From positions 248,001-312,000 of the forward strand of contig JAQGDQ010000225.1 in the NCBI GenBank assembly GCA_030141605.1: DNA of 64,000 nucleotides. The letters run 5' to 3'. This stretch comes from Tubiluchus corallicola. Taxonomy: Eukaryota > Animalia > Priapulida. Below, piece after piece: positions 11,897 to 26,709 of the stretch. A program made the translations under genes and the position numbers. Numbering within the stretch: the first letter of the stretch is position 1; each line of letters opens with the position of its first letter. The notes below the pieces were generated by a model. The model worked only from the letters and a program-made list of their open reading frames with translations. It did no database searches and was not told where the DNA came from.

Positions 11897-14800
11897 ATGG
11901 GTTTTAGTATTTTGCTTTGATGTATCTGCTGGCAGTGGGCTTCATTTAGTTCATATTAAGTTTCACTCTTGCACCGTTACTCTGTGAGACAAACGCCTCG
12001 ATTGTCTGCTGAACTGTTGTTGCCATTGTCGTAACGTCACAAATTGGCTGAAATCATGTGAACTTGGATGACGTCAGAAATTGGCTGGAACTGTGTGAAT
12101 GTGAATGTGCCCTATGTATGAAGAACAGCAAGAAATTTAATTTGCACCAGAGTGCAGAACTGTGCAGCTTAAAGCATAGCCTGCAGGGTAACAGTTAAAA
12201 CCGTAGAGACAGACTTAATTGTGTTATGCGTTAAACTAATTAATAGTGCAGACACCCCGCAAAGGAAGAACTTTGAATCACTAAAAGATGCAAAAACGCT
12301 AAATGCTCATCTTACCTTCATTGTTCGCACATGACGCTTTACCAGTAAAACTCCATTAACTGTCTCATCAAGATTTGACGTCTTCTCCTGTGGCCCCCGT
12401 TTAGCAGCTGCTCTAATGAGTTCAAGCAGCAAAATGATGAGATCCCGGGAAACACGACGTGAGGCGGGCTTTTTTAACCGAGCACTACATCAAACACTGC
12501 ACACTTACCGCCGTCTAAACATCATAAAACATCGTACCCAGATTAGCTGATGAGCGCAACAAAAACTGACAACACGCGCGAGTATCAAAGACGTCCCGCA
12601 TTGCCGCTCTGCGCAACTCGCTATGACCACGTGCGCCGCGGATTGAAACACAAGACAATGTTTGACGCTTGCGAGTAGTAAACAGGATAAAAAACAGCCG
12701 AAAGTGTCAAATGTAACCGATATGTGCAATATATTCTCTGCGTAAATAGGATGATATTAGTTGATGTTTATTGAACTTTTAAACGGAAAGCTGGCACGGG
12801 TAGAATACACCTTAAACTGGAAGCAGATGGTAATGGTACTAAGTCAACAATCATCATCAGTGGGAACCGTGTGATCTCTCAATTCACGGATCCCATCTTG
12901 TAATACGCAGTTCTCCATCTGTGAACAGGAACTGGTGATTAAATAAGTGCAGATCGTTTAGTTTGTCAGTTATGAAAGTTCTGTATACACTTCTCTTGAC
13001 CTATCTCTGCTCATACTGGACATCTCCATTTGTTTGTTTGTTTGTTTCTTTGTTTGTGTGTGTGTGTGTGTGAGTGCGTGCGTGCGTGGGTGTATGTTTG
13101 TTTATCTGTTTGTTTATTTGTTTGTTTGTTTGTTTATCTGTCTGCCTTTGTGTGTCAGTCTATCTGTTTATTTTTTTATTTGTGATCATCAATAACAAAT
13201 CCCTTGCCTTCGCAGAAGAAACGAATTTTATATTTAATTGTATAAACAAATAATTGTATAGTAAAATTTCCAAATTTAATATTAAATCTTTTAAAAATAC
13301 TTAAAATGCACGAATAAGTTTATTGGCTTTAACCAATGCAAAAGTAAACTTACAATTTCATTTTTCTAAAAAGTTCTACTAAATTCGGCTTAAAAATGAA
13401 AATATTCATAAAGTTTAGTTTTTGCAAAAAGTTTTCACAGACTTTATTTTAGCATTAAGTTTACGCATGTTTGCGTTCACTACAGCATTTAACAATGCTG
13501 TTGTGTCATTTGGAATATGAATTCTGATTAGAAAGAGTTGTAAATTGCGTTACTTCATTAAACACCGGTCATTACCCGTTTAAATTTTGTTTAAAAAAAT
13601 ACTTCCATCTTGGCAACACACATCAAGGGTTGAGAATACGCCTCCCAGTTGAATGCCTCTTTTCATCTAAATCTTGCCTTGAGTAGGCCTATAAATGTTT
13701 GGTTTTTAGACACTTTTGTGAGTCTGTGTCCTACGTAAATACGTATTTGGAAATGATATTGACTAGAGCAAGTTAGAAAACTCAAATTCCTTCTGCCCCC
13801 TTGTGTTTCTTGTTCTACGATGTCGATTGGTGAGCGGTGGGTAAAAAGATGACTTGGCTTGTTTCAAAGAAAGAGGTGTTCATTTTCAGATGTGCTAGTG
13901 ACTTTCCAGTAGATATATGAAGTTTAAGTTTGATTTGACGCCACCAAAGTTCTCATAAGTCTTGTAATTACTATATTAAATCACAAGAAATACTCTTCAT
14001 AAATAAAGTTTTAAAAATTCGTTTTGAAATTTTGGATCACTTACAGGACTTGCGTTAGTAGCAACGTTCTGTAAATTTAAACAGCCCTCCATTACCGTGA
14101 GATCATTTTAATGGTAAGTCGTTTGAAACAAGCTAAGATAATACTGCGTAAACTATGAAAAAATAATCAGAGTATTCATAACACACTCTTCACTAACTAA
14201 GCAAAATTTTAAATTAGTGTATCTTATCAGTAAGATTAAAAGTAGGTTTTTTCAGTTTCCATTTTAAGTGTAGCCTACGTATTATCACCGAATCCATATA
14301 AATCTGATCCACATGAAATGTCATCCAGTCTGTTTCAAATCCAAATTCATACATCCATACACAAATTTTGTTTTGAAAGTCAACTGTAAGTCATCATTTT
14401 AAAAAGCTCAACCTAGACAGTCTATAGGTTCTATAGGTATCTAATCATCTATACATTAATTATTTATCTGCTAAACATTTTTTCTTATTTTTTGTCTTCA
14501 CCTGATTTGCAATTTACAGTCTAACTCACCTTTGATTTTTTCGACATAATCATTCTGACAAAATTAGCCAAAATTTGCCATCCTATGAAGCTCTTATTGA
14601 GGCCTTCTTATTTGCAAACTCCATCAAGCTAGCCGAGTGGTTGCCCCCATTTGGGTATTTTTACAACCCCGTGCGGTTGCGGATGCTATAAGAACGGTGA
14701 TCAACCCGCCTAATTAGCTTTATTACTCATCGTATTTTGACTGGCTTCCGTATAGCCCGCCGTGCTGCTTTGTGTGCATGCACTAGCCGACATCAACGCC

Positions 14801-14980
14801 CAGTCGTGGCTTCACCGTCTGCTCCTGGACCTCCCGCCTGGAGAACCGCTCTGACCGATATTAGTGAGCTTATTTGAACCAGGCGTGGATTTGGTGGGTC
14901 GGCGGTCAGCTACTGTAATTTTTGAGTGCCTTTAATATCTATTAACTTGTCTGGCTTCAGCGCAGGGTGTAACACTTGGA

Positions 14981-15704
14981 CAGGGCCGGCTCTACCACTA
15001 GGCAAACTAGGCAGTTGCATAGGGCGCTAAATTTAGGAAGTAATTCTTTAATTTTTAGTTTAGTGTAAGTAATTGCCTAGAATATGTGTAATTGCATAGC
15101 TGCGCAACACTAATTAATTGAAACGAACAAGTTGTGTTTTTTCCTGTCGAAATGTATGATTCATAGATGTTAGTAAGTGTCTTCAAGCAGCAAAACAGTT
15201 TCTACTTTTGCTTTACCTGATTTCCTATTTTAGACATTACTGACGCGTTACCTGCTTTTTCCCGCGGTTTCTATATAACTACTTACAGAATGACCCTATC
15301 TAAATTGTAAATTTTTTCACAATGGTATTTATCTAACTATGACAGATAAACCTATAAGAGTCGAAGACTCCAGGACGGAATACAGGAAATAGAAGATAAA
15401 AAAAAGTTGGTGACTCATATAGAATACATTCAGGTCATAAATCCAATTTTAAATTCAAGCAATCGTAATTTAATTTCAAATTCAATCAGCATAAGCTGTA
15501 GATAGGTAATACTTAATTAATATATTACAATACGTGCATAAGCCTAGAGTACACTGTGACAAGTACTATTATACTTTATTATAATATTATACAATAAAAA
15601 TTCAATATTGGAGCGTAGTTGCAATCACGGAAACGTTGGCCGTTAACGAGAAGGTGCTACAAATATCTGTGCGTATGGCGTCAAACTACCTAGAGTCGGC
15701 CCTG
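14981..15704. mobile_element. Non-autonomous hAT-type DNA transposon
   Basis: TIRs CAGGGCCGGCTCTA / TAGAGTCGGCCCTG; decayed 8-bp TSD CACTTGGA / TATTTGGA (6 of 8). Confidence 0.8.
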
Positions 15705-16326
15705 TATTTGGACTGTGGCACTCGGCATCTCCTCGTAGGGTAAGATTTCTTGAGAAAGTTATCAGAAAATTCCAACGGTAGTAGCCGTTACACTGTGAAC
15801 GCCACTCAACAAATCTAACTCAGATATAATGGCAGACGCTATATCAAAATAAAACTAAAAATCAAGATAAAGATTTCGAGGGAAATTGCGTGAAGCCATC
15901 AGTAGCAGGAAATGCAAAAAAGGACGATGAAAATAGATACGATTTTATCGTCTCAGAAATGTCGCCTATCAAGTATTCTTCCCCCATGAAGCTCCAAGTA
16001 TCTCGAGTGTTTTGTTTTTTCCTCAACAAAATGTCCCTCTAGTTTTTTCCGGTTCAAAAATTAATCGCTTTTTGGCGGCAAAAACTGTTGGCGCCATCTC
16101 CTATTTACCTTGAGTATCGATGAAATCAGGTTGCTTTTTTGCAGGACGTATCAATCAGAGGGGGTTACCTATTGATTACAGTCAAGGCGGCTGGCTTAAA
16201 TGGGATTAATTTCAGGTGTTTGCTTGATCAATGGCTGCCGTAATTCAGTGATACCGTTGAGAAAAAGAGTGAGGGAAGACAGAGGAAGAGAAAGATGGAT
16301 GGATGGATGGATACATAAAGAGAGTG

Positions 16327-16660
<334 letters not shown>

Positions 16661-18227
16661 AGAATAATAGTAAATAGTAAATACATTAATACAAACAGAC
16701 AAACACATATACAGCTGCGTTTAGCTGTTTTTGTTACCAATAAAATCAACATGTTCCAACCATCTGAATTCTAAAGCTATTATTCTCTTTACCAACGAAG
16801 TTTTGCGAGATTTTCAAGAAGCTCGAATGTCATCACATTTTCAGTTTTCCATGAATTGTTTACAACACTTGACGCAAAACTGAAATTTTACACCAGTTAA
16901 TGTCCAGCTCAGACTGGTAGTTGGTCAATAAGATTTCTGCATGCCATGCAGCAAAGACAGTCTAATAATATTGGCGTTCGGGATAACCTGATAACTCGTA
17001 TTAGGCCGCTACGCGAGGATTCCGACAGGACCAATCTTTGTTCTAAACATGGTACTGAGAAAATAGTTCCTGCAGCAACAAAAACTTCAAGTTAGGGTGT
17101 AAAGCAACTACCTGTCGTTTCAGCTACCAGTAACGTTACCCTCAACAACAGCTTCACAATCAGCAACAACCTCACCATCAGCAACCAACCATATATACAG
17201 AAACATGCAAAAATTATATCCAGGAAAATACATTTGCCACTATTAAAATTATTACGCATATCACTAATTAACTTGGAGCTGATATTTATGTAAAGTTTCT
17301 TGCAAACTTATAATGATACAGAATCAACACAATCATAGAATATGACAATAACTCCTTTAATCGACGAAATTTTCTTTTGTATATGATGAAGTATAGTATT
17401 GTATTTAAACTTATGCAGAGTGTGGATAAGAGGTCATGAAAAATGAGAAGGAACTAGATGAATTCAGAGAACCATCATGTAAAAAAGATTGAGAATCACT
17501 GTAAATTTGTTGCTCGAACGAGAAAGAAGTAAAAAATTTGTTCTTCAATCAAGTTTGTGTCTCATTTGCGAAACACGACCTTGTTTCCATGGTAATCAAA
17601 GTAATGTTAGAACAGTGCATCATAAATAAATTAAACCCACCTACACTAATTCGTTAATTACCTAATTAGGCTTTTTGTGCAGTTTCGCAAGTTCTCCCTA
17701 CCCATTTTCATTTAGCGCAAGATTCATTTTAAAACAAAACGTTACTACTATAGTATTTATAACAGCATTTTACATTGTCGTAAATAAAGTTCTTCCAAAA
17801 TTATCAACCAGACTCGATCAAGGGGATTTTGAGTTAATTTATTGCCACAGATGTCGTTACCGCGCACGAAGAGTTAAACAGGATGTAAAGTGGGGGCGTG
17901 AACAGGCAACTAATGTGTGGTAATCGATTCCACCGCCCACCACCCGCTCTTAAAGGTTACCTATACAAAAAACGATAGTTAAACGTTTTGCTTTAATCTT
18001 TAATGCTATTTGACTTGGAGCGCGAGGCGATAGTTTTCAGCGCTTGTAATAATAAAGTCAAAGTGCGTTGGCTTGAAAATAACGTTTGAATTAGCAGTGA
18101 AAAACAACAGGTAAACCCATCAAGTTGAGCTAAATTAAACGTTTGAGTAAGCAAAATCTGTGAGTAGTTAAAATCTAAATACTCCCACGCATGAAATGTT
18201 GCAAACATAGACGAGGGTGTAAGTGGT

Positions 18228-18605
18228 AAGATCTCCGGCGTACTGGAAGGCACGTCTGAGATCACGAGCGTACAAGGAGGCACGTCTGAGATCACCAGCA
18301 TACAGGGAGACTCACCCGAGATCACCATCGTACAGGAAGCCTCGTCTGAGATAACCCGTACACAGGAAGGTTCGTCTGAGATCGCCAGCGTGCAGGAAGG
18401 CTCGTCTGAGATCACGAGCGTACAGGGAGGCATGTCTGAGATCACCAGCATGCAGGGAGACTCACCCGAGATCACCATCGTACAGGAATCCTCGTCTGAG
18501 ATAACCCGTACACAGGAAGGTTCGTCTGAGATCACCAGCGTACAGGGAGGCACGTCTGAGATCACGAGCGTACAGGCAAGCACGTCAGAGATCACCACCA
18601 TACAG
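18228..18605 (+). repeat. 30-bp minisatellite, ~12.5 units, with 150-bp higher-order repeat; possibly a coding exon
   Basis: Unit TACAGGAAGGCTCGTCTGAGATCACCAGCG; no indels; 18241-18390 is repeated at 18391-18540 with the same diagnostic variants. Confidence 0.95.
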
Positions 18606-19784
18606 TTCGATGAGGTTATGATCCACCGGGTAGATAATTAAAAATCCATAGCTGATGAGGGATACCTTGTTTAAGAGAGTGTGCTCTTGCATTTAATATT
18701 TGTTATTACCATTAAGCAACATGGAACTACACGTTAGTATGTTCCGGTGTATGGCTACGCATGAGGTGCTAGTGCTCCAATGCACAAACAAGCCTATATT
18801 GCAATTGGTCAGTCTGCAATAGAGCAAGCTCGTTGACCAGTTAGTTAATTTTCGTCTTGGGCTCTTATGACAGTATCTGTAATTTACAGTACTTTAGTCC
18901 ATGTGTCCCCATCTTGCCAATAGATGGTGCTATGATGTTTAACGAAAGTTTTTTAAACTTGATGCAACTAGCTTAAGACTATATAAACGCAAAATATCAC
19001 AAAATAAAGCTGTTAGTTAGTGTAATGTTTTAGAAAGCATTAATTAAGAGGAATTTTTGACATTGTCTGCAGATGGAGTTGTACAAAACTGCAAGATGAC
19101 GTCCATCTAGAAGTCTGTCCACCTGCATATCCAAAACAATTATATAAGCTGTCCTTGGGCTGAAAGAGCTATTAATTGATAACAGAGATTCTTAGTTCAA
19201 AATAGTTCAGTAAAACACATTTTAATCTTTGTAATTAAATCTTAATCTAAACCGATTTATCACATCAGCGTTGTAATTTATCAAAGAAAGTCAAAAGTAT
19301 TAGCAGATTCCAACCACTGCAGATGATTGATTTATTATCGGTTAATCAGTTGATATTCATGAAAACTGCATTACTCATCTTTCTCAAATCAGTTGCAGCA
19401 GCATCAGCATCAGAAACATAGTGCATCTTTCCCAAATACGCCCGTGTCATTCGTAAATGAAATTACCAATCGATTTCCGGGCGAAGAAATAGCGGATATT
19501 CGAAGTTAAATTTGTAAAAGAAGCCCCCAGTAGCATGTCTTCAACTCTCAATCTGGCTTGAAGAGTCAGACTGAAGCCAAGTCCAGGCAGCTGGTTGAAT
19601 AGAAACGAATTATACACGACAACTGTGAAGCCCGTGATGTCTGTCCAGGAAAGGAAACAAAACATGCCAACCGTAGACTAGATTATTGAAATTAACGGTG
19701 AGCAACATTTTAGCAAAACCGTTCCAGGTATTTTTTCAGCAAAATAAAACCGATTTCTTATCCTTTCAGTAAAAGACGGATTAG

Positions 19785-19956
19785 TATAGAGCCCCCGAAG
19801 GGCCACGTTGAGAAAAGTCACTAACTCGTGGCCACGAATTATTAATCGATTAAATCCCTCCACACGATATACTCGATTAAATCCGTGCGCACGAGATACT
19901 AATTCGTGGCCACGAGTTAGTAACTTTTCTCAACGTGGCCCTTCGGGGTCTCCATA
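19785..19956. mobile_element. Palindromic MITE with TA ends
   Basis: About 57-bp near-perfect inverted repeats (TATAGAGCCCCCGAAGGGCCACGTTGAGAAAAGTCACTAACTCGTGGCCACGAATTA and its complement) around a short spacer. Confidence 0.85.
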
Positions 19957-20429
19957 GATTACAAATAAGACCGTGGGGTAAAATTTTTCGCTCCCAGTAT
20001 AAAAGCGTACACTGATTTTTTGCAAAAAAGAGGTGTGATTGAGCGAAATCTATTTAAAACAACTTTGCTTTGACATTCCCATTATCACCTTGTAATACAG
20101 ATGCTATTATATGTATTAAGATAGAAACTGATTCTGCAAAAATGCTGCCTTGAAATATCCAAAGTTAATTTAAATTAATTTAAACTCACTAAGTGTTTGA
20201 ATAGCTTCTTTTTAAATTATTGAACACACTAATGTGTTTACAAAATGACAGTCAACGTTAATGAAGCTGCCCAGCTGACCACATTTTTTTTGTTAACAAG
20301 TTTTCTTAATCATTCATGATATGTGTTTTTCCCCAGTCTATCATTAGTATCAATACAGTGCTAGATAAGCGCTATTATATTTCAAACTAACAGTAGTTAT
20401 GGCAAAAAATGGGAAAAATTTGAATGGGG

Positions 20430-20636
20430 ATGGTGACTATGGCGATGACAAAGTTAACGATGATGACAGCAACAGTAACGATAATGATGACAAGCGACGA
20501 CATCGACAATGATGATGATGGTGGTAATGACAATGACAACAGTAACAGCAGCAGCAACAGTGATGATAATCATGATGATGACGAGCGACGACGATGATGA
20601 TGATTATAATGACGATGATCATGCTGTAGCTGTAGC

Positions 20637-20692
<56 letters not shown>

Positions 20693-20693
20693 A
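20430..20693. repeat. (GAT)n/(GCT)n trinucleotide low-complexity tract
   Basis: Mixed GAT/GAC/GCA triplets ending in pure GCT and GAT runs. Confidence 0.9.
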
Positions 20694-22697
20694 TAAAAAC
20701 TTCTTAGTTAAAGGTCACATGTTGGATAAAAGTCTCAAGTTAGAAAATGAATCGAGAGAAGTTATTTTTCAGTCTAGCATTAACTTACCGATAAGGCACT
20801 CTGTTTTAGTTCTCTCTGCACAATGGAAAAATCACTCACTGTCCAACGCAAAGTGCCAAGTCGCGTCTAGCACTATTCCAGGCATGCAGCCGCATTCATA
20901 CATTGTTGGCGCTTAATTTGCAAGAAGCCTTTTCGGTTCTCGTTTATTTGCTCCTGATAAATCCAGGCCTTTAATAGCGCGCGGTCACGTGACTATGAGC
21001 GTAATTGCATCTGTAGACGGTATCTGATGCAGTGGGGATTTGACGGAGTAGTGCGTGAAGTGTGTAAGATGTGCGCAGACAGAGGGGATGTCTGTGACGA
21101 GCGTCACTCAAATTTTCATGCGCAGCGCTTCCATATACGTTGTGAAGTGCTGAAAGTGCAAACAAAGAGAAAACAAAAAGGACAAAAAAATGGAGGTACA
21201 TTTTTTGCATTGAGCTTCATGGCCGGCTATGCGTCAATGGCTTGCACATGTTCAGAAACTCGAAAACTCTAGATCATCAACTGTGTGAGTTTGGGAAGGC
21301 TGGTAAACACACAGATAGGCAGGAAGAGGGACCATTCTGATTACAATCTTATCAATTAAACTAAGACACCCAATAATTGAGACAATACAGATGGAGGCCA
21401 TGTTTTAACAAATTGTATTTTGAAACAAAAAGAATATTGTGTCGACGTGTACATCCGAGTGTGTGTGTGCGTGTGTGTGTGCGTGTGCGTGCGTGCGTCA
21501 ACTACATGTGATTAGTTTTCTGTAGCAACAACAACGACAGCAACAGCAAGAACAACAGCAGCAGCAACAACAACAACAACAACAACAACAATAAGAGTGA
21601 TGGAGTCAAAGTTACTTTCCTCTCGTTTACTTTATTTTTTCTTTTTACATTGCTGTTTTCATTTTGAACAAATTCCACACACGTATGCTACACTCTACGC
21701 TATAAGTACTAAAAGGAAAGCTTCTGGAAGAGAAGACGCCAGAGGAGGTGGCAAACTATGCACTCAAGTCCACATAGAGATCACTGGCCTTGAGACCAAT
21801 AACCACCCTGCACTGAAACCACTTACTTTGGCAAATGATTGGTATGTAAAGAGGTTTCTAAAGTTGAAAGTTTGTTATCGTGCCAGAGAGGTGGGTGGTA
21901 CGCAAGAGGAGACTGAAACGTGCTCTTCCTGGGCCTTTCTATTTGTGCCACACGGATTGTGCAAAAGAAACCAGTTTTCAGGTTTTAAGAAGGGAATTTT
22001 TTGTAAGCAAGGTCATTGTAACACTGTGCCTTTTTACCAACATAATGAAAAATGAGAATCATTCTTGAACGATAGTTTATCATAACATGTAGAATGAAGT
22101 GTTATGGTTGTTTACTGAGCGTTTCGACAGGGCTGCTTGGGCAAAATTGGGCTGAGCTATAAGGGTCGCATTATATTATCTAACTTTTCAACGTTTACTT
22201 TTTACATTTTCAGATATTTCTGTTGTTAGATAATATTTTTGAAACTATTTTAACAACAGTAATCTACCCTTTAGGGCACAATAGAACAATTTTCATAGGA
22301 GCTTAACAAATTCGCATTGAAGTTTTGTATCACCTGTATATTGTGTGTTATTGTATACACAGCTTGAACTAGCTGTAATACTGCATAAAACTTGTAAATT
22401 TAAACTCCTGCTATGACCGTTAGCTGCAGCCATTTCAACGGTATGTCGTATGAAATAAGTTTAGATAACATTGTGTATAAAGTTTGAAAAAATAATCAGT
22501 GTATTCGTAGCATACTCTTCGCTAACTAAGCAAAAGTATAAATTACCGCATATTTTCGTTTTGAAAAAATAATCAGAGCATTCGTAGTATACTCTTCGCT
22601 AACTAAGCAAAAGTATCTTTTCGATAAGACGAATGTGTTTTTGGTGGATCGGTGGAGCACACTGGTGTTGTCTTACCAGGTGGCACGAACATATTAA

Positions 22698-22734
<37 letters not shown>

Positions 22735-22858
22735 ACGCAAGTGTTTCAAATAGGTAAGCGTAATGCTAATTAACATTACTTTGTAAGGAAAGTTCTATGC
22801 GACACACCGTGAAATTCCCCGTCCTTCCCTTTTAATGCTGTACGGCTTAACCGTCTAA

Positions 22859-23065
22859 AGTAGCTTTTACGTGGCATCCAGATACGGATGCGTATGCGTT
22901 TGCTACCTGCGGCAGAGCCTGTGGACAAAAATCGATAGAGAGAGCCACAAAAAAGAATAACGTATACACAGCCTGCATTGAAAACAAGATAAACCGATTT
23001 TATCTATTCCGCACCCCCCGCACCCCCCAAACGCATCCGCATCCAGATGCTACATAAACGCCACT
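22859..23065. mobile_element. PIF/Harbinger-like MITE
   Basis: Imperfect ~34-bp TIRs (AGTAGCTTTTACGTGGCATCCAGATACGGATGCG vs AGTGGCGTTTATGTAGCATCTGGATGCGGATGCG) with TAA on both sides. Confidence 0.7.
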
Positions 23066-23225
23066 TAAGAGACTACCGGTTACTTACTCCCGTCAATTTC
23101 GAATTGATTACTCCCAGCAATTTACAAGGCAGGATCTGGCACACATCAGCAAAGACAGCTTCATTTAGATAGTTGCAGCTCGACTAGAACCTAGATCTCA
23201 TCAGCAAGGCAGGCCTCTGAGAATG

Positions 23226-23912
<687 letters not shown>

Positions 23913-25339
23913 GTGATTTGGAAAAGACGCGCATATCAACTGTGCAATATAATTTAGACTAGACGTATTGAAGTACTAGGGTGGAACCAGACAAAGCCAT
24001 GTACAATATGACTCAGTCAGACTACAAGAAAAACTGTACAAAATATGAACTTATGAAACTAGAATTCTACAAAGGCTACATCAGCAACTTTGTAAATGTG
24101 ATCAAACTCATACACAGGCACAACAGAATATAAAGGCAGCCTCCAGTTGGGATTACTCTACTATGATTTTGTTACCATATCTGGAAAAATTTTGTACACT
24201 AGACAAAATATAAGCTTCCATCCACTCAAGAAACTCGCAGTCCCATGGCGCTAACCAATCAGCAAAACTTAAATATAGTCTAAGCAAAAATTCTGCCAAT
24301 TTAGTTTTAATTGCACTTCTATTTTATCTCCCTGTACGTGCGCAAGTTCGTACAATGCTGAGTCCTGATATCAAAGACACTTTTATGAAAAACTTGCACT
24401 TGCCAAACAGACACCTCTCTATCCTCGCTACCTGGGGAAGGTGTAGGCCTTAACAAAGCTATCATTATTAATAAACTTTCCAACAGATTCCATAATTTAT
24501 TGTAACTCTAATCGGCCGAAAGTGGGTTAAAGTGTGGCCCAGGAATGTGAGACATTGCGTAACTCATTAAACAATCATAAAACCGCGTTTTCAGACTTCT
24601 AAAAATTTGAAATTTGTTTTTGCTCGACACGAAATTTATAAATTTAAAGAACGCAAAAAAAGAAGAAAAATAGGGAAAAACAAACGAATTTCTGACACCT
24701 AAAATAATTTTGAATTTGACAGTTCAACTCGCGATTACCACTCAGCGCAAAGAGGCCATTTTATCCGGAATTTATCAAAAAGACACCTGTAAGCTGACAA
24801 AAAACACCTAAAGGTCGTCTCACACAGCACGTTGTCCTAAGTTGGATAAAGACTTGTTTATTGCTCAGCGATGATGATGGCACCTGCAAACTGGTACCTC
24901 AATAAATGAGCAAAGGTACGCAGCTGCGCTAAATGAGTTAAAGCTAATCATCTACCTGTACAGGTGCGCAAGGCTGTTTTCGGAACATATGCGGGACGTT
25001 TTACAGTGATTATGGTGTGAAGGTAACCCTGATTGTGTTAAATACAACCGCTCAAGTTTTTTCACTTCCCACAAATCTTAGTTATGTAGGTCGTGTAGCT
25101 TACGCAACGTACGATGAACCCACACTTATTAAGCTTTATAAATTACACAAGTGTACATGGAGAGAAAATGTGAAATTTGGTCAGAGACTGTAGTCGAACG
25201 AAGAACTTTTGGTTTGCTCATTAAACATGTTAACTATTAGACCAATCAGTACTTTGCGATCAAGACAAGTCCCTTTTTGGTTTCTCATTATTACCTTTTG
25301 TTTTTGTCTTTCCCTTATACCGTTCAGAATGATTGGCCC

Positions 25340-25640
25340 CCATTCTTTCTTTCTTTCGCTTTGCCTTCCTCTTTTTTCGACTCCTTTTCTTCCAGTTTCT
25401 TTCTTTTTTCTGTTTCTTCTTTGTTTCTTACCTTGTTTCCTTATTTTTTCATTCATTTTTTCTTCTTTCCTTTTCTTTCTTTTTCTTTCTTAACGTTTTC
25501 CTCTTTTTTCTTTTTCCTTTTCCTTTTGTTTCTTCTTTTCGTTCATCTTCTCTCTCTCGTTCTCTCTCCCTTTCTCTTTCTCTCTTCTCCCTCTCTCGCT
25601 TTTTCTCTCCCTTTCTCTTTCTCTCTGTCTTTCTCTCTGC
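25340..25640. repeat. CT-rich low-complexity tract
   Basis: Almost purely pyrimidine on the plus strand. Confidence 0.9.
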
Positions 25641-26709
25641 ATTAATTTATTTCTTATAGTAACTAAAGGATCAGTAAATTGAGATATCCTTATAAAGCAT
25701 ATAAAGACCTCGTAATAAATGTCACCCTAAGGCAACTAAAAAAGTTTTGCATAATTTTTAACCCTCATCGCCTATTATTGTGGTCAACTCTTTATCACTG
25801 ACACCTGTTGATTACAGCTGGGTTACGACACGTTATTACCTGTCCAGGAAGTGGTTAAAAAACTAATAACTACAGTACTTGACATGTGGCCTGGTACCCC
25901 AAGGCATGAATGACACTGTGGAAAGGAAATAATGCATTCATAAAGGTATACGTGTTCAGGCTGAGACTAAAAACTCAATAAAGGCAGGATCGTTCAGCCA
26001 ATAGGAAACTGTATAAGAGCATAGCTGTTGCGTGATCCCATAGCTTCCATATTATGCTTCCATGTGTATAAAAAGCTTTGAAATTTCTGTATCTTTAATG
26101 TAACACTCTTCATATGGGCATTTGGTAACTACATAAAAGTGGCTTGTGCACATAGGAAGCACAAATTTCCTATTTTAATGGAGTAAATATCGTATCCCAG
26201 TTAGATTTGTAATGCGAAATACAGTACTCAAAATTTGTACACGTCTTAATGCTTCATTTCAGGTAAACATCACTAGCGCCTTTTGGCTATTGTAGTCAAT
26301 ACACCACAAGTACAGTGACAGAATAATAGCAGGCTGACACGAGAACTGTTTTGTTCGATAGTTTAAACTTCTAAAACAGTTACTTCCTGCTGAATTTGGA
26401 AAAAAGTTAGCGTAACAGTTACTGATGTACCTGAATCAGTGTGGCTGAAATTATTCACTGATAAATTAATTGCACGGATTTGGCGAAATTCCAAATCATT
26501 TTACATTACATTAGCTTTTTTACTAGTTATTGGTGAGACATGTGAACAAGAAATGACAAGGTTATAAGTAGTGTATTGAATATAGCAAGGATTTTGTACA
26601 CTGAATACAATGCACAGAAATTACAGAAATGCATAAAAGAAAACTATATGTTGCATTAAGGGGAAACAAAGAAAAGGGGAAAGAGAATACGAGGGGAGCT
26701 TAGATAGTC

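Noticed and set aside
18228-18605. CRISPR-like array
   Set aside because: Units are contiguous with no unique spacers, no cas genes are present and the context is eukaryotic; the same applies to 40178-40317.
21597-22055. 152-aa plus-strand ORF with hydrophobic N-terminus
   Set aside because: Starts directly after a (CAA)n tract, hydrophobicity comes from T-rich low-complexity DNA, and no family motif is recognisable.
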